DNA from: a virus | Taxonomy: Duplodnaviria; Caudoviricetes | Reading direction: 5' to 3' (one strand) | Length of the DNA stretch: 35,403 bases | IMG/VR virus record: IMGVR_UViG_3300025357_000029 | Coordinates: 1 to 35,403 of that record | Shown: piece by piece, positions 1 to 9,217 of the stretch | Position numbering within the stretch: the first letter of the stretch is position 1 | Layout: each line of letters opens with the position of its first letter | Made by a program: the position numbers and the translations under genes | The notes under the pieces: generated by a model | What the model was told of the DNA's origin: nothing | The model's database searches: none | What the model saw: the letters and a program-made list of their open reading frames with translations, nothing else

Positions 1-129
1 AGCAACTTGATTTTTAAATACCTGATATTCAGCTTCTAAAGCATCATATCTAAGGTGCTCTATATACCATCCTCCCCCTGCGGAAAGAATAGCTATAAGT
101 AGTGAAAATATCAGGTTGTAATAGATCAT
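1..129 (-). CDS. Rz-like inner-membrane spanin, 5' part (continues at the window end)
   Basis: ATG at 129 overlaps the holin stop (ATGA). Reads MIYYNLIFSLLIAILSAGGGWYIEHLRYDALEAEYQVFKNQVA: an N-terminal TM helix then coiled coil, with no stop. Not in the ORF track. Confidence 0.85.
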   Translation of the reverse strand, partial: MIYYNLIFSLLIAILSAGGGWYIEHLRYDALEAEYQVFKNQVA

Positions 130-434
130 TTTGAAGTTGTAGGTGTAGTCATTGCCGTCATTTTCTCTTGAGATCTGCCAAATGAGGTTATTCCTAGAAC
201 CGCACCCATTGCCAAGTGAAAAAACCCTGCGCCTTGCAAAGTCAACGGATTCCATTGGTCATCAACCTTCCCCTTGCCGTAGACCTGGATGAGTGACCAA
301 AACACCGGAAAGATCACAAAATCACAGAAACAGACAACCATATACATCCAACCCATGCAAGGTCTCCATTTGGAGTTTAACCATCCTGTATCGTCAGAGT
401 CGTTTGTCGAAGATGTTTGGTTCAGTCCTATCAT
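126..434 (-). CDS. Holin, GTA 3TM-holin-like
   Basis: WRPCMGW motif, hydrophobic segments and LGITSFGRSQEK C-terminal motif; lies in the lysis cassette. Confidence 0.8.
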   Translation of the reverse strand: MIGLNQTSSTNDSDDTGWLNSKWRPCMGWMYMVVCFCDFVIFPVFWSLIQVYGKGKVDDQWNPLTLQGAGFFHLAMGAVLGITSFGRSQEKMTAMTTPTTSK

Positions 435-1074
435 GGGCAGTATTTAGGTAGAAATCCTGTTTCTTGAAAAATCTTTAAACATTCCATCTCAACCGAGTTA
501 GCCTGAAATTTTCTTTTAAACTCAATATGCGCTCTGTCCCCTTTGAGACTTTCCTGATAATCTTGTCGAATGTAATACATCAAACTAAAACAAGTGAGTG
601 TAAAAACGAGCACTGCGATACAAATTGCAACCTTAAACTGGAAATCTTCTTTATCAGCCTGAAGTTGTATACGTTCTTGTTCGTCCTTTTTTTTTGCGCT
701 TTGTCAAACTTAGACTTGTCTGCCATTAGCTTAGATCGTTCCTCTTGGAAGTCTGCCCAAAGTGATCCTAATTCTGGAGGGGCTTCCCATGTAAGCATTG
801 TTCTGAGGTCTGCCTCGGCTTGTTCAAGTCTTTTTCGTCTGAGTACGTTGTCAAGGGCAATGGCTTGAAGACTTTTGTTTTTAGGCGGGTTTTTCTCAAT
901 TTCTTTTGCATACTCAATTGCCTTTTCTTGATGTTCAAAAAAAGAACCAAGACCGTCTGCGATCTCAGTAATAACCCCAATTGCCTCTTTACCGACTGAT
1001 TTAGCTTCCTTGTAAAAAGCAACTCCCGATTTAACCGCACCGAGAGCCATCATCGCTAAAGTAAATGGATCTAT
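431..1074 (-). CDS. Coiled-coil plus TM protein of the lysis region, split by a frameshift at an A9 run (about 214 aa if shifted, 164 aa if not)
   Basis: ORFs 580..1119 and 431..613 join through a -1 shift at 687-695, giving ...AQKKKDEQERIQLQADKEDFQFKVAICIAVLVFTLTCFSLMYY. Start uncertain (ATA at 1074 proposed). Confidence 0.7.
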
Positions 1075-1082
1075 GATTGCAC

Positions 1083-1259
1083 CTACTTGGAGATAGCCCA
1101 ACCATGCGAGGCTAACCAAAGATAGACTAGACCGGCAAATGCTGCGGACATTAGACCGCTGAAAGTAAACTTACCAAAGGCAGCGAATTGATCGTTTAGC
1201 CATTCTTTTAAGGCTTCTTTCGCAGCCTCTTTCAGTACATTTGGGTCTATTTCTGCCAT
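1083..1259 (-). CDS. 58-aa single-TM membrane protein (possible holin/antiholin-type)
   Basis: Manual translation MAEIDPNVLKEAAKEALKEWLNDQFAAFGKFTFSGLMSAAFAGLVYLWLASHGWAISK; fills the gap exactly; below the ORF track cutoff. Confidence 0.8.
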   Translation of the reverse strand: MAEIDPNVLKEAAKEALKEWLNDQFAAFGKFTFSGLMSAAFAGLVYLWLASHGWAISK

Positions 1260-1262
1260 GAT

Positions 1263-1781
1263 TTACTCGTATTGAATGTTGACTGATCCTGCATCAAAAG
1301 TGTCTGTTCCGTTAACTGTTGTTATACGAACCATATTAAGAACTCCAGAAAGAGTTACTGATCCTGCGGTATAACCTAATTGAGCAATTGCAGAATTACC
1401 AGTTAACAATGTAAATGTCCAAATATTTGATGAAGAACTAAGCAAAGCAAAAGTGCATATTCCTTGAATAAATGCTCCCGCTGAAGCATTATTTGCTATA
1501 TCAGCGCCACCACCAGATAAATTAGCAGGAGCAACAGCGTTTACAAAGTTAGTGTATGTTCCAACATATCCAGATGTTGTTGGAACTCCACCAGTACCTA
1601 ATTGTATTCTTGGTAAACTTGTACCACTTGTGCTGAATCCATTAAGCATAACAGTAATACGCTTAACTCCACTAGGAATACCAGTATAGTCAATATTTGT
1701 TCCAGAAGTACTTGCTACTGGTGTTCCAAGGTTAGGTATACCAACCGTATTAGCGTTTGAACCATCAAGGACGATAGCCAT
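1263..1781 (-). CDS. Small tail-associated beta-rich protein
   Basis: Gly/Thr/Ser-rich 172 aa ending FDAGSVNIQYE; in the cassette downstream of the tailspike anchor. Confidence 0.6.
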   Translation of the reverse strand: MAIVLDGSNANTVGIPNLGTPVASTSGTNIDYTGIPSGVKRITVMLNGFSTSGTSLPRIQLGTGGVPTTSGYVGTYTNFVNAVAPANLSGGGADIANNASAGAFIQGICTFALLSSSSNIWTFTLLTGNSAIAQLGYTAGSVTLSGVLNMVRITTVNGTDTFDAGSVNIQYE

Positions 1782-1790
1782 AGTAACCCC

Positions 1791-2219
1791 TTATGCGTTA
1801 GCAGTAATAGCAGACTGAACCGGTGCAATTGCAGCGACAAGTTGTGCGGTTGTTGTAGATGCAGTAATCGCTGATCTAGCCGTTGTGAGTGCGGTAGTCC
1901 AATCAGAGTCTGCCATCACGTTTGACATTCCAATCCCTGCTTTGTTTGCTCTGTGTTGTACTTCAGCATAAGCCATTGCGTTCAACTGATTTGTAGCTTC
2001 TGTTTTAGCTTTGGTCATGTCAACTGTTACAGTTGTTCCGCTTAGTGTCCATGCGTTAAAGAATAAAGCATCATCGCCTTGGGGTAGTGTTGAATCATCA
2101 ACGATTACCGCACCGGCAGGAGCATCTTTAGTTAAGACGGTTTCAATGGGTAGTTCGCCAGTAGGGACGCAGACCGAAACATTTCCGCTTGTGTTTGTAT
2201 ATACGATTACTTGTGACAT
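1791..2219 (-). CDS. Possible tail fibre assembly/chaperone-like protein
   Basis: KDAP...IVDDSTLP...FFNAW...VDMTKAK pattern followed by a helical C-terminus; context. Function is inferred. Confidence 0.55.
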   Translation of the reverse strand: MSQVIVYTNTSGNVSVCVPTGELPIETVLTKDAPAGAVIVDDSTLPQGDDALFFNAWTLSGTTVTVDMTKAKTEATNQLNAMAYAEVQHRANKAGIGMSNVMADSDWTTALTTARSAITASTTTAQLVAAIAPVQSAITANA

Positions 2220-2231
2220 TTTTTATTCCTT

Positions 2232-2645
2232 TTAGTTTCCAAAGATTGCTGCACAAACATAAGTTGAATCATAGTTTGTACCTGTTGCACCATTTGTAGT
2301 ATTTAATCTAAATACTGTAGTTGTTGGAGCAGTTATTGTTACACCTGTACTGCTTGTAAATACTTGAACAATTTGTCTTGATGGAGCTGGACTTGCGCTT
2401 GTTGATGCAATACAAGAATAATTTATATCGTTTGTTGCATTTGTCATTGTTACACTGTAATCCCCTGTTCCGTTTCTTGTAACTGAAGAAACATTGTAAG
2501 AAGATGCAATAGTTCCAGTAGAACCGGCAAACTGAACCCAAGCCAAAGCATTAGTCGTAACCCCGTTTGATTGGACTTTGATTAATCCTGAACCATCGGC
2601 AGTCTGTGTTATTCCTGTTCCAGATACGGCATTTATAATATTCAT
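2232..2645 (-). CDS. Tail-fibre-tip-like protein (paralog A)
   Basis: AWVQF...SYNVSSVTRNGTGDYSVTMTN motif of phage fibre C-terminal domains. Confidence 0.7.
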   Translation of the reverse strand: MNIINAVSGTGITQTADGSGLIKVQSNGVTTNALAWVQFAGSTGTIASSYNVSSVTRNGTGDYSVTMTNATNDINYSCIASTSASPAPSRQIVQVFTSSTGVTITAPTTTVFRLNTTNGATGTNYDSTYVCAAIFGN

Positions 2646-2708
2646 TTTGTTTTATCCTTATCTGAAGACTTTTAATAAAAATATTTTTATTTTTGTCATT
2701 GTTAGCCT

Positions 2709-3110
2709 TTAACGGAAAATTGAAGCCGTACAATAAGTTTGATCTAATTGTCCAATTCCAGTATATGTAATTAAAAAATTAGTCGCAGAAGATGTTTGTG
2801 TTCTACTTAAATTCTGTTGAGCTACAAATGCACTTGAAGATCCTGCTCCAACTGCGGTTGTAAAAATTGCAGCATAATTTGCATCAATTAAAGCATTGGT
2901 CAAATTAATTGTGTAATCTCCAGTTCCATTTCTAACAACTGAACTAACATTAAAACTAGCACGAACTGTTATAGCACTAGATACATAACCAAAATTTACC
3001 CAAGCCCTGCAAAGCGTACCAACTTGTGTACCCGATCCATCATTAAATTGTGTAGGTGTGCCAGTCGTACTTGACTGAACTACATCCATTAAACCTGATC
3101 CATAACTCAT
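2709..3110 (-). CDS. Tail-fibre-tip-like protein (paralog B)
   Basis: AWVNF...SFNVSSVVRNGTGDYTINLTN; clearly similar to 2232..2645. Confidence 0.7.
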   Translation of the reverse strand: MSYGSGLMDVVQSSTTGTPTQFNDGSGTQVGTLCRAWVNFGYVSSAITVRASFNVSSVVRNGTGDYTINLTNALIDANYAAIFTTAVGAGSSSAFVAQQNLSRTQTSSATNFLITYTGIGQLDQTYCTASIFR

Positions 3111-3119
3111 AATTAATCC

Positions 3120-3443
3120 TTATAAAATTACCCAACGACTACCGCTAGGAATTGTTATTGTTGCGCCAGAATTGATTGTGATCGGGCCAGTACTGCTTGC
3201 GCTCTTTCCTGTTGGTATTGTATAAGATGTAGTAATAGTTTGACTATTTATTACAAATACTGTATCCGTACCACCACCGGTTGCCGATCCACCGCCTAAA
3301 GTCCATCCTGAACCGTTCCAAGTCTCTACGTTGTATAAAGTAGAGTTGTATCCCATCTGACCTAGTACCGGACTGGTTGGTCTTGTAGACGTTGTCCAGT
3401 TACTCAGTAATATGCCATTTGCCCCGATTGTTGTTCCTGCCAT
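3120..3443 (-). CDS. Small tail-associated protein
   Basis: RPTSP..GQMGYN...ETWNG fibre motif; C-terminal GPITI...IPSGSRWVIL domain shared with 9202..9474. Confidence 0.65.
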   Translation of the reverse strand: MAGTTIGANGILLSNWTTSTRPTSPVLGQMGYNSTLYNVETWNGSGWTLGGGSATGGGTDTVFVINSQTITTSYTIPTGKSASSTGPITINSGATITIPSGSRWVIL

Positions 3444-3452
3444 GTTCGTTCC

Positions 3453-3860
3453 TTATGGGGTTGTTGCACTATATACAGATCCAAGAGTCTTCCAGTTTCC
3501 GTACTGATCCAAGGAAGCTATCGGAGTGCCTTGGAAATAGAAAAATAGCTTACTGTTAGATTCCGATATCGTGTAATCAGAAAATGAGAAAGATTGGGGC
3601 GCATCTGTCTGAACATCCCAGATCAGATTCATATTCACATCATAGACTTGCTGACGGTAAGAGCCTGAACCGTAAGCCTGACAACTGCCAATTCCATCGA
3701 GAACAATAGGATTGGTGTTGAGAGTTGTTAAAGTATCATCCTGATAGGTATTTTTGAATGTTGTTGTGCCTGGGATGTAGTAATAGACAAATCCCCCTGC
3801 CAATGGGCCACCATTGGAATTAAAGAATTGTTGCCTACCGTTTGGGATTATTCCACTCAT
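3453..3860 (-). CDS. Stand-alone tailspike particle-binding (anchor) domain protein
   Basis: QFFNSNGGPLAGG...GTTT...NTNPIVLD.G resembles podovirus tailspike N-termini; sits after the ejection genes, where P22 has its tailspike. Confidence 0.65.
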   Translation of the reverse strand: MSGIIPNGRQQFFNSNGGPLAGGFVYYYIPGTTTFKNTYQDDTLTTLNTNPIVLDGIGSCQAYGSGSYRQQVYDVNMNLIWDVQTDAPQSFSFSDYTISESNSKLFFYFQGTPIASLDQYGNWKTLGSVYSATTP

Positions 3861-3863
3861 ATA

Positions 3864-6482
3864 TCAATCCTTTTTGTTCTCTCTGAGGTTCAGTATGCTA
3901 GGACGTTTAGCATTTTTTTGCATGTTCTTTTCTGTTTCAGTCGCTGCTTTATTTAAAGCATTTTGAAGCGAACTTTCACGAAAAGACGTACCCAAATTTT
4001 TACCAACATAACCACCGGCAGCAGCAACATAAGGATTTCCACCGCTAATTACGCCTCCAACTGTAGTGCCTACTGCTGCGCCAATCTTCGGTGCATGACT
4101 TGCAAGCATTTCAATTCGTTGCGCTTGAGCTGCTCCTCCTTCATACCCATGAATCCCAGGCATGATGTGACCACCAACATTTAAAACATGATAGTTTCTA
4201 ACTTCACTAGGACTAAATGTTTCAGCAATCTTTTCTCCAACGACTGAGTTAAGCATTTTGTTTACATCGTTTTGATTCCAAACTCCTGCCCTTCCCCCTC
4301 CTGCATTATATACTTCACGAGCTAAAGCACCATCTATTTCAGCAAGTGCAGACTTGGCAGATTTGCGTAAACTCTCAGGCACTGGAGGTAGACCTTCAGG
4401 TGCACCTCTAACTATACCTTTGGACAAATCTTCCAATGTTCCTCTAACATGCCTCCATTGATCTTTGCGTAAATTGTTTAATTTACTAGGTATCTTTTCG
4501 TTTGGAGTTGTTGACTTAACAATACCATTTTGATCAGTTTCACCAAATAACTTTTTAAGACCTTCAGCTTCATAAATGTGTTGTTCGGCTTGATGGATTC
4601 TGTCACCAAGTTTATATAACTTTGGATCTGCAACTTCGGCAATATCACGATCAATAGCTGAATTAATGTCTGAAATTGTGCTTGCTTTCTCATGTGTCCA
4701 TGAGGCATTTATACGTTTTCTAACTGCGTCAAAGGCAGAAACAGATCCAGGAGGATATACATTCCCAAATTTATCAGCAAATCCTACTTCTTTTGCAAGT
4801 TTAATAAGTTCGGCAGCGCCTTGAGCAACTTCAGTAGTTCCATGTAATTTTAAAGAAGCGTTCCATTGTGGATTTTTTAGCAAAGTATCAACATGATTTG
4901 TTTCAATTGGAGTATCTCCAATCTTATCTTTTGCATCTTTAAATATTGTTTGTTTAGCCTCTTGTAAAAATCCTTTAAGGCTTGTAGGTTCTTCCGCACC
5001 AATTTCATGTTTTCCGTAAAAAACATCATTGATTTTCATGCCTCTTTGTTCGTCATTGGTAAGACTAGGAGATGCCCCAGTAGCTTCGATCCGCTTTTGA
5101 GCAAAATCAGACAAAGCATTTTGTTCTTCAGCAATTTGTTGCCTTAACAATTCACCTTTTGGTGTTCGATCTGGGTTTTTAGCTTCTTGATGCTCGTTTC
5201 TTAAAGTATTTTCGTTTCCAGTAATTACACCTTCACGAACTCTACCGTTAGGATTAATCGTACTTGCCACTTCAGATCTAATATTTTGCTCACGAACTGA
5301 AGCATCTTTAGGAGATTTTGAAAGTTTGTAAGCAGGGAATAATTCTCTATTAGCCTTTTCTTCGCCTGTAATTTCACCGGCAAATGGATTGTTTTGTGCT
5401 TTTGCTGCGCCTGTTGATCCTGCCATTACCTCGCTAGGTTGGGCAATTTCAGTTTTCATTGGAGGAGTTGTAACCTCTTTAAACTCTTGGGCTAACTTAG
5501 CACCTTGATTTAATGCTGCACCTCCAACTTTACCAATTGCTTGACCTACAGGTTTACCGGCTGCCAAAGTCAAAGAATTAATGTAACTTTGAACGTCCCC
5601 AGTTGGAATTCCTGTCTTCTCGGATATATACTGCGCCCCTTTATTGATATTCTCACCAATAAAGTTTAGAGCATTTTGAGACAATTCATTCTTATAAGCA
5701 GGAGTTTCGGTAACTCCAAAAGTCTTACCAAAAGGTTTTTCAAGAGCACCAGTAACTTTAGCCGATGTTGCTTGTGCTTGTTGATCGTTTTGTTGCAACG
5801 CTCTAGCTACGTTGTATGTTATTGGCCCAGCAATTCCAGGCAAAATATTACCAACTGTTACGTCTGCCAATGATGAAAGACCAATACCTAAGTCTTTTAA
5901 GGCATTGATTCTGTTTTGATACATCTTTTCCCCTGCGTTCATCTGTCTTGCAGGATCTTGAACGACTGGCGCAGTCTGAGTTACTTGAGGGGCTTGTTGG
6001 ACAACTGGAGCTACAGATTTAGCTTGACTTGGTGTTTCTCCTACATCTTCTAAGAAACTGGCAAAGTCTGAGGGAGTTGATTTGACTTGTGCAGACGGTT
6101 GATAAATGGCTTTAGTTCCATTCTCATGCTGAACAATTCCGGCAGATATTTGATGACGAATTAAAGGGTTGCTTAAATCAATCTTTTGATTTGGATCAAG
6201 TCCTGCAACTTTTGCAACGTGAGCAATATAAGCATTTGTGTCGTTCTCACTAGGAGGTGCCCATTTAAAGATTACATCCGCTAAAGTGCTTACACCTTTT
6301 TTTCCGTAACTTGCTAAGTTCTTATCAAGTGCTGCAAGTCCTTCCTCTGGAGTTTTGTACTGTGCCAACTTTCCACCAGGCATGAGTGCGCCTGGATTGT
6401 TATTCCTGATCGGTGCAGGAACATTTTTAGATTGAGGCTTTTCAGTCTCAACGTCATCAAGAAAATCAGCAAATGTTCCCAT
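3864..6482 (-). CDS. DNA ejection (internal virion) protein, P22 gp16 position, with N-terminal lysozyme-like domain
   Basis: 872 aa, third of three ejection-type genes; RNNNPG...WAPPSENDT.AYI motif. Confidence 0.7.
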   Translation of the reverse strand: MGTFADFLDDVETEKPQSKNVPAPIRNNNPGALMPGGKLAQYKTPEEGLAALDKNLASYGKKGVSTLADVIFKWAPPSENDTNAYIAHVAKVAGLDPNQKIDLSNPLIRHQISAGIVQHENGTKAIYQPSAQVKSTPSDFASFLEDVGETPSQAKSVAPVVQQAPQVTQTAPVVQDPARQMNAGEKMYQNRINALKDLGIGLSSLADVTVGNILPGIAGPITYNVARALQQNDQQAQATSAKVTGALEKPFGKTFGVTETPAYKNELSQNALNFIGENINKGAQYISEKTGIPTGDVQSYINSLTLAAGKPVGQAIGKVGGAALNQGAKLAQEFKEVTTPPMKTEIAQPSEVMAGSTGAAKAQNNPFAGEITGEEKANRELFPAYKLSKSPKDASVREQNIRSEVASTINPNGRVREGVITGNENTLRNEHQEAKNPDRTPKGELLRQQIAEEQNALSDFAQKRIEATGASPSLTNDEQRGMKINDVFYGKHEIGAEEPTSLKGFLQEAKQTIFKDAKDKIGDTPIETNHVDTLLKNPQWNASLKLHGTTEVAQGAAELIKLAKEVGFADKFGNVYPPGSVSAFDAVRKRINASWTHEKASTISDINSAIDRDIAEVADPKLYKLGDRIHQAEQHIYEAEGLKKLFGETDQNGIVKSTTPNEKIPSKLNNLRKDQWRHVRGTLEDLSKGIVRGAPEGLPPVPESLRKSAKSALAEIDGALAREVYNAGGGRAGVWNQNDVNKMLNSVVGEKIAETFSPSEVRNYHVLNVGGHIMPGIHGYEGGAAQAQRIEMLASHAPKIGAAVGTTVGGVISGGNPYVAAAGGYVGKNLGTSFRESSLQNALNKAATETEKNMQKNAKRPSILNLRENKKD

Positions 6483-8023
6483 TACAGACCGCCTGTGTTA
6501 ACTAATTTTTGAATAACTTCGTGCTTGTCTTTGAATTCTTTTAATAGTTCTTTCTTTTTCTCAGCAGACATTCCAGGAGTTATACCAGCTAATTCATCAC
6601 GTTTCTGCTTTTTCTGCTCATCCGTCATTGTCTTATCTTCGTGATGATTCATCATTTCAAATAATTTACTGTCTGCGTTATCACCCCAGATCTTCTTAAA
6701 TGTGTCCATGTTATTTGCGCCATAACGCTTAATAAACTTGGTTGCTGCGTCCGTCTGAAGATCAAGATTCTTCATGTCTGATTTTGCTCGTCTTCCAATG
6801 TTTAAGAGCACATCTGGATCATAGACTTCACTTCCGTTTGCATGAGCCTGTAAAGCCTGTCCTGCAACCGTATCCATTGAACCACCGGCAGCTTTTAGAT
6901 TGGATATCTGCATATTTGCAATGTCTTTTGACAATTGCTGATACTTTGGATCTGCAACCATGCTACTTGCGTATCGAATTCCTTTATTTGCAAGATTGAC
7001 TGCACCACCAACTACAGGCAAATCACCGCCTGGAATCCGCATTGTTTCCTCTTTGACCTTTTCAACTTGTTTGAGCATTTCATCCAAGTTTCTACGGTCT
7101 GTGACAAGGTTTTTCTTTCTGTCAATTAAACTACTGACGTATTGACCGCCTTCTTGAGTCTTTGTATCCTCATTTGGCAATGGTGCGTAATTAGTTCCAG
7201 GTTGACGAACAGGGAACATCAATTGAGATGCCACTGGGTCTTGAGTTTGTGGAGGTGCGCTAGGAAACTGTCCAGAAGGTGTACCAGGTGCGCCAGGAGC
7301 TAAGTTGGTCTGTTGTTGTGGTTGATTAGGATTAGCAAACTGTACAGGGTTTAAAGTCTGTGTAAGTGCGTTGTAAACAGACGGAGGTTGTCCATTTGCG
7401 CCAGGTTGTAAAGTACCAAGTATTTTGTTTATTTGATCTGAATTAGTTTGAGTTGCAAATAATTCTTGTTCAATAAAATTATGATAAGCATCTTGATCTT
7501 TCTTTTTGTCTCCTGTTGGAGTAGGAGCCATTCTTAAATGTAAAAGAGCCTCATCTGGAGTTAATACACCTTCAGCAATTAAATTAGCCATTTCTTTTGC
7601 GTGTTCTTCAGGTGTGACTGTTCCACCTTTTTTAATTTTTTCAACTAATCCACCCAAACGCTGACCAGAAATAGTGTTCTTTTGAACCAAATTTCCTAGT
7701 TTTTTGCTGATATTTTCTTGTTGAGTTCCTTGTTGACCAAGTAAAGAAGTAATTGTTGGTGCTAAATTAGTCGCTGCCTCTGGAGACTTGGAAAGCATAC
7801 TAATAACACCAGGGATATTTACATTTCCGTTTTCGTCCGTGTTTTGTTGGATAGCTTTGGAAGATGCTTTATTTAACGCAATCTCTTGTTGAAGTTGCTG
7901 AAGTTGAAGATCGCCTTGTTGAACCGCAATATTGTTCTTTTGCAAGTTCATAAGATTATTCACAAACCCACCGAAATCGGGAATGTTTTGTTTTGTAGGG
8001 ATTATTGAGGCATCTATTGGCAT
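6482..8023 (-). CDS. DNA ejection protein, P22 gp20 position
   Basis: 513 aa, Gln-rich and helical, MPIDASI start; synteny. Confidence 0.65.
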   Translation of the reverse strand: MPIDASIIPTKQNIPDFGGFVNNLMNLQKNNIAVQQGDLQLQQLQQEIALNKASSKAIQQNTDENGNVNIPGVISMLSKSPEAATNLAPTITSLLGQQGTQQENISKKLGNLVQKNTISGQRLGGLVEKIKKGGTVTPEEHAKEMANLIAEGVLTPDEALLHLRMAPTPTGDKKKDQDAYHNFIEQELFATQTNSDQINKILGTLQPGANGQPPSVYNALTQTLNPVQFANPNQPQQQTNLAPGAPGTPSGQFPSAPPQTQDPVASQLMFPVRQPGTNYAPLPNEDTKTQEGGQYVSSLIDRKKNLVTDRRNLDEMLKQVEKVKEETMRIPGGDLPVVGGAVNLANKGIRYASSMVADPKYQQLSKDIANMQISNLKAAGGSMDTVAGQALQAHANGSEVYDPDVLLNIGRRAKSDMKNLDLQTDAATKFIKRYGANNMDTFKKIWGDNADSKLFEMMNHHEDKTMTDEQKKQKRDELAGITPGMSAEKKKELLKEFKDKHEVIQKLVNTGGL

Positions 8024-8033
8024 ATTTTTATCC

Positions 8034-8810
8034 TTAAACTAAACCGATTAATGCAGCTATATCAGGACTCATACCATAAACAGATGCGTCTGTTGCAGCA
8101 CCTCCTGCGCCCCCTAAACCAGTTAATCCAGACCATAACTTAGACCCTGCATTTGATAATGCGGTATTCATTCCCGATTTAGCACCAAGAGAATAAATTC
8201 CTGCTCCACCTAATCCTAATTGCATCAAGCCATTTACCGCATTTGATTGAGCATTTCCTGCTGCAACTTGTCCTGCTGCGGTTGCATTTGCTCCACCCAT
8301 TAGAGTATTTCCTACGCTTTGTGCGTTTTGCATACCCATTGTGCCAAGTCCGGCAGCAGCGTTTTGTCCCATTCCTACACTGTTCATGTAGTTATTAAGG
8401 TAATTCTGATAATTGCTTTGAGCCAATCCGGTTGTGTATTGTTGCAACCCTTTTTGTTGCGCCCCAGATAAATTCTGACCAGTCGCAGATTGTTGATTCT
8501 GTAATTGTTGAAGTCCTTGATTTAGGGTAAATTGATAGCCTGGTACGTTTTGTAGTGCAGTTTGTATCCCTGCGCTACCTTGTGGGCCAACCCCTAAAAG
8601 GTTCATAAGTTGAGGCATTGCGGCAGTACCAAGTCCCATGTAAGGAGACATATTCTGCTGATTTGTCTGAAATTGCTGATTTTGTAGGTCGGCAGCATAA
8701 TTTGCTGCATTTGCCTGAGTTTGGGCAGCGGATTGGGCAGCTTGAGCCTGTTGATTAGCCCCTGTCAAATCTCCAACCAAACCACCAATTGCATTAGTAA
8801 TAAACGACAT
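8034..8810 (-). CDS. DNA ejection/pilot protein, P22 gp7-like
   Basis: Ala/Gln/Gly-rich with PGYQF motif; follows the GNAT gene as gp7 follows gp14 in P22. Confidence 0.8.
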   Translation of the reverse strand: MSFITNAIGGLVGDLTGANQQAQAAQSAAQTQANAANYAADLQNQQFQTNQQNMSPYMGLGTAAMPQLMNLLGVGPQGSAGIQTALQNVPGYQFTLNQGLQQLQNQQSATGQNLSGAQQKGLQQYTTGLAQSNYQNYLNNYMNSVGMGQNAAAGLGTMGMQNAQSVGNTLMGGANATAAGQVAAGNAQSNAVNGLMQLGLGGAGIYSLGAKSGMNTALSNAGSKLWSGLTGLGGAGGAATDASVYGMSPDIAALIGLV

Positions 8811-9217
8811 TATTCTCTCCCCATCATTACCATAGACCGATAAACACCGTCTCTAAGGTAAGCCTTGCTAATCCTACCCTCCTCGACAAATCCGCACCGT
8901 AGTGCCAATTTTAACGCAGAGGTGTTCCATTCACCAATAGTTCCAAGGAACTTTCTTGTTCCTTTTTGCCTCATTTTCTCAAGACAATCTAAAAAGAAAG
9001 AATCTACTCCTTTTGCCCCTTTCAACATACAAATGTGAACCTCGTACATTGTCGGAGTTGAGGGTCTAAACATCACAAAACCATGCGTATTTGTGTAGTA
9101 AATCTCGCTCTCTTGATACCCAAAATTCTCTTTTTTAATTCCGTCAACCTTAACCCACTTCCAAACCCTGTCATCTTGCATGACCGATTCAATAAAATCT
9201 TTCACAAAATGATCCAT
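8810..9217 (-). CDS. GNAT-fold protein (P22 gp14 position)
   Basis: YEVHI...N..ALKLALRCGFVEEG C-terminal GNAT signature. Confidence 0.8.
   Translation of the reverse strand: MDHFVKDFIESVMQDDRVWKWVKVDGIKKENFGYQESEIYYTNTHGFVMFRPSTPTMYEVHICMLKGAKGVDSFFLDCLEKMRQKGTRKFLGTIGEWNTSALKLALRCGFVEEGRISKAYLRDGVYRSMVMMGRE

Noticed and set aside
1075-1119. ORF-track N-terminal extension MVSLAWLGYLQVGAI
   Set aside because: Overlaps the better-supported 58-aa gene 1083..1259.
2232-3110. Paralogous fibre-tip genes as a DGR template/variable repeat pair
   Set aside because: No reverse transcriptase seen, and the differences are not adenine-specific.
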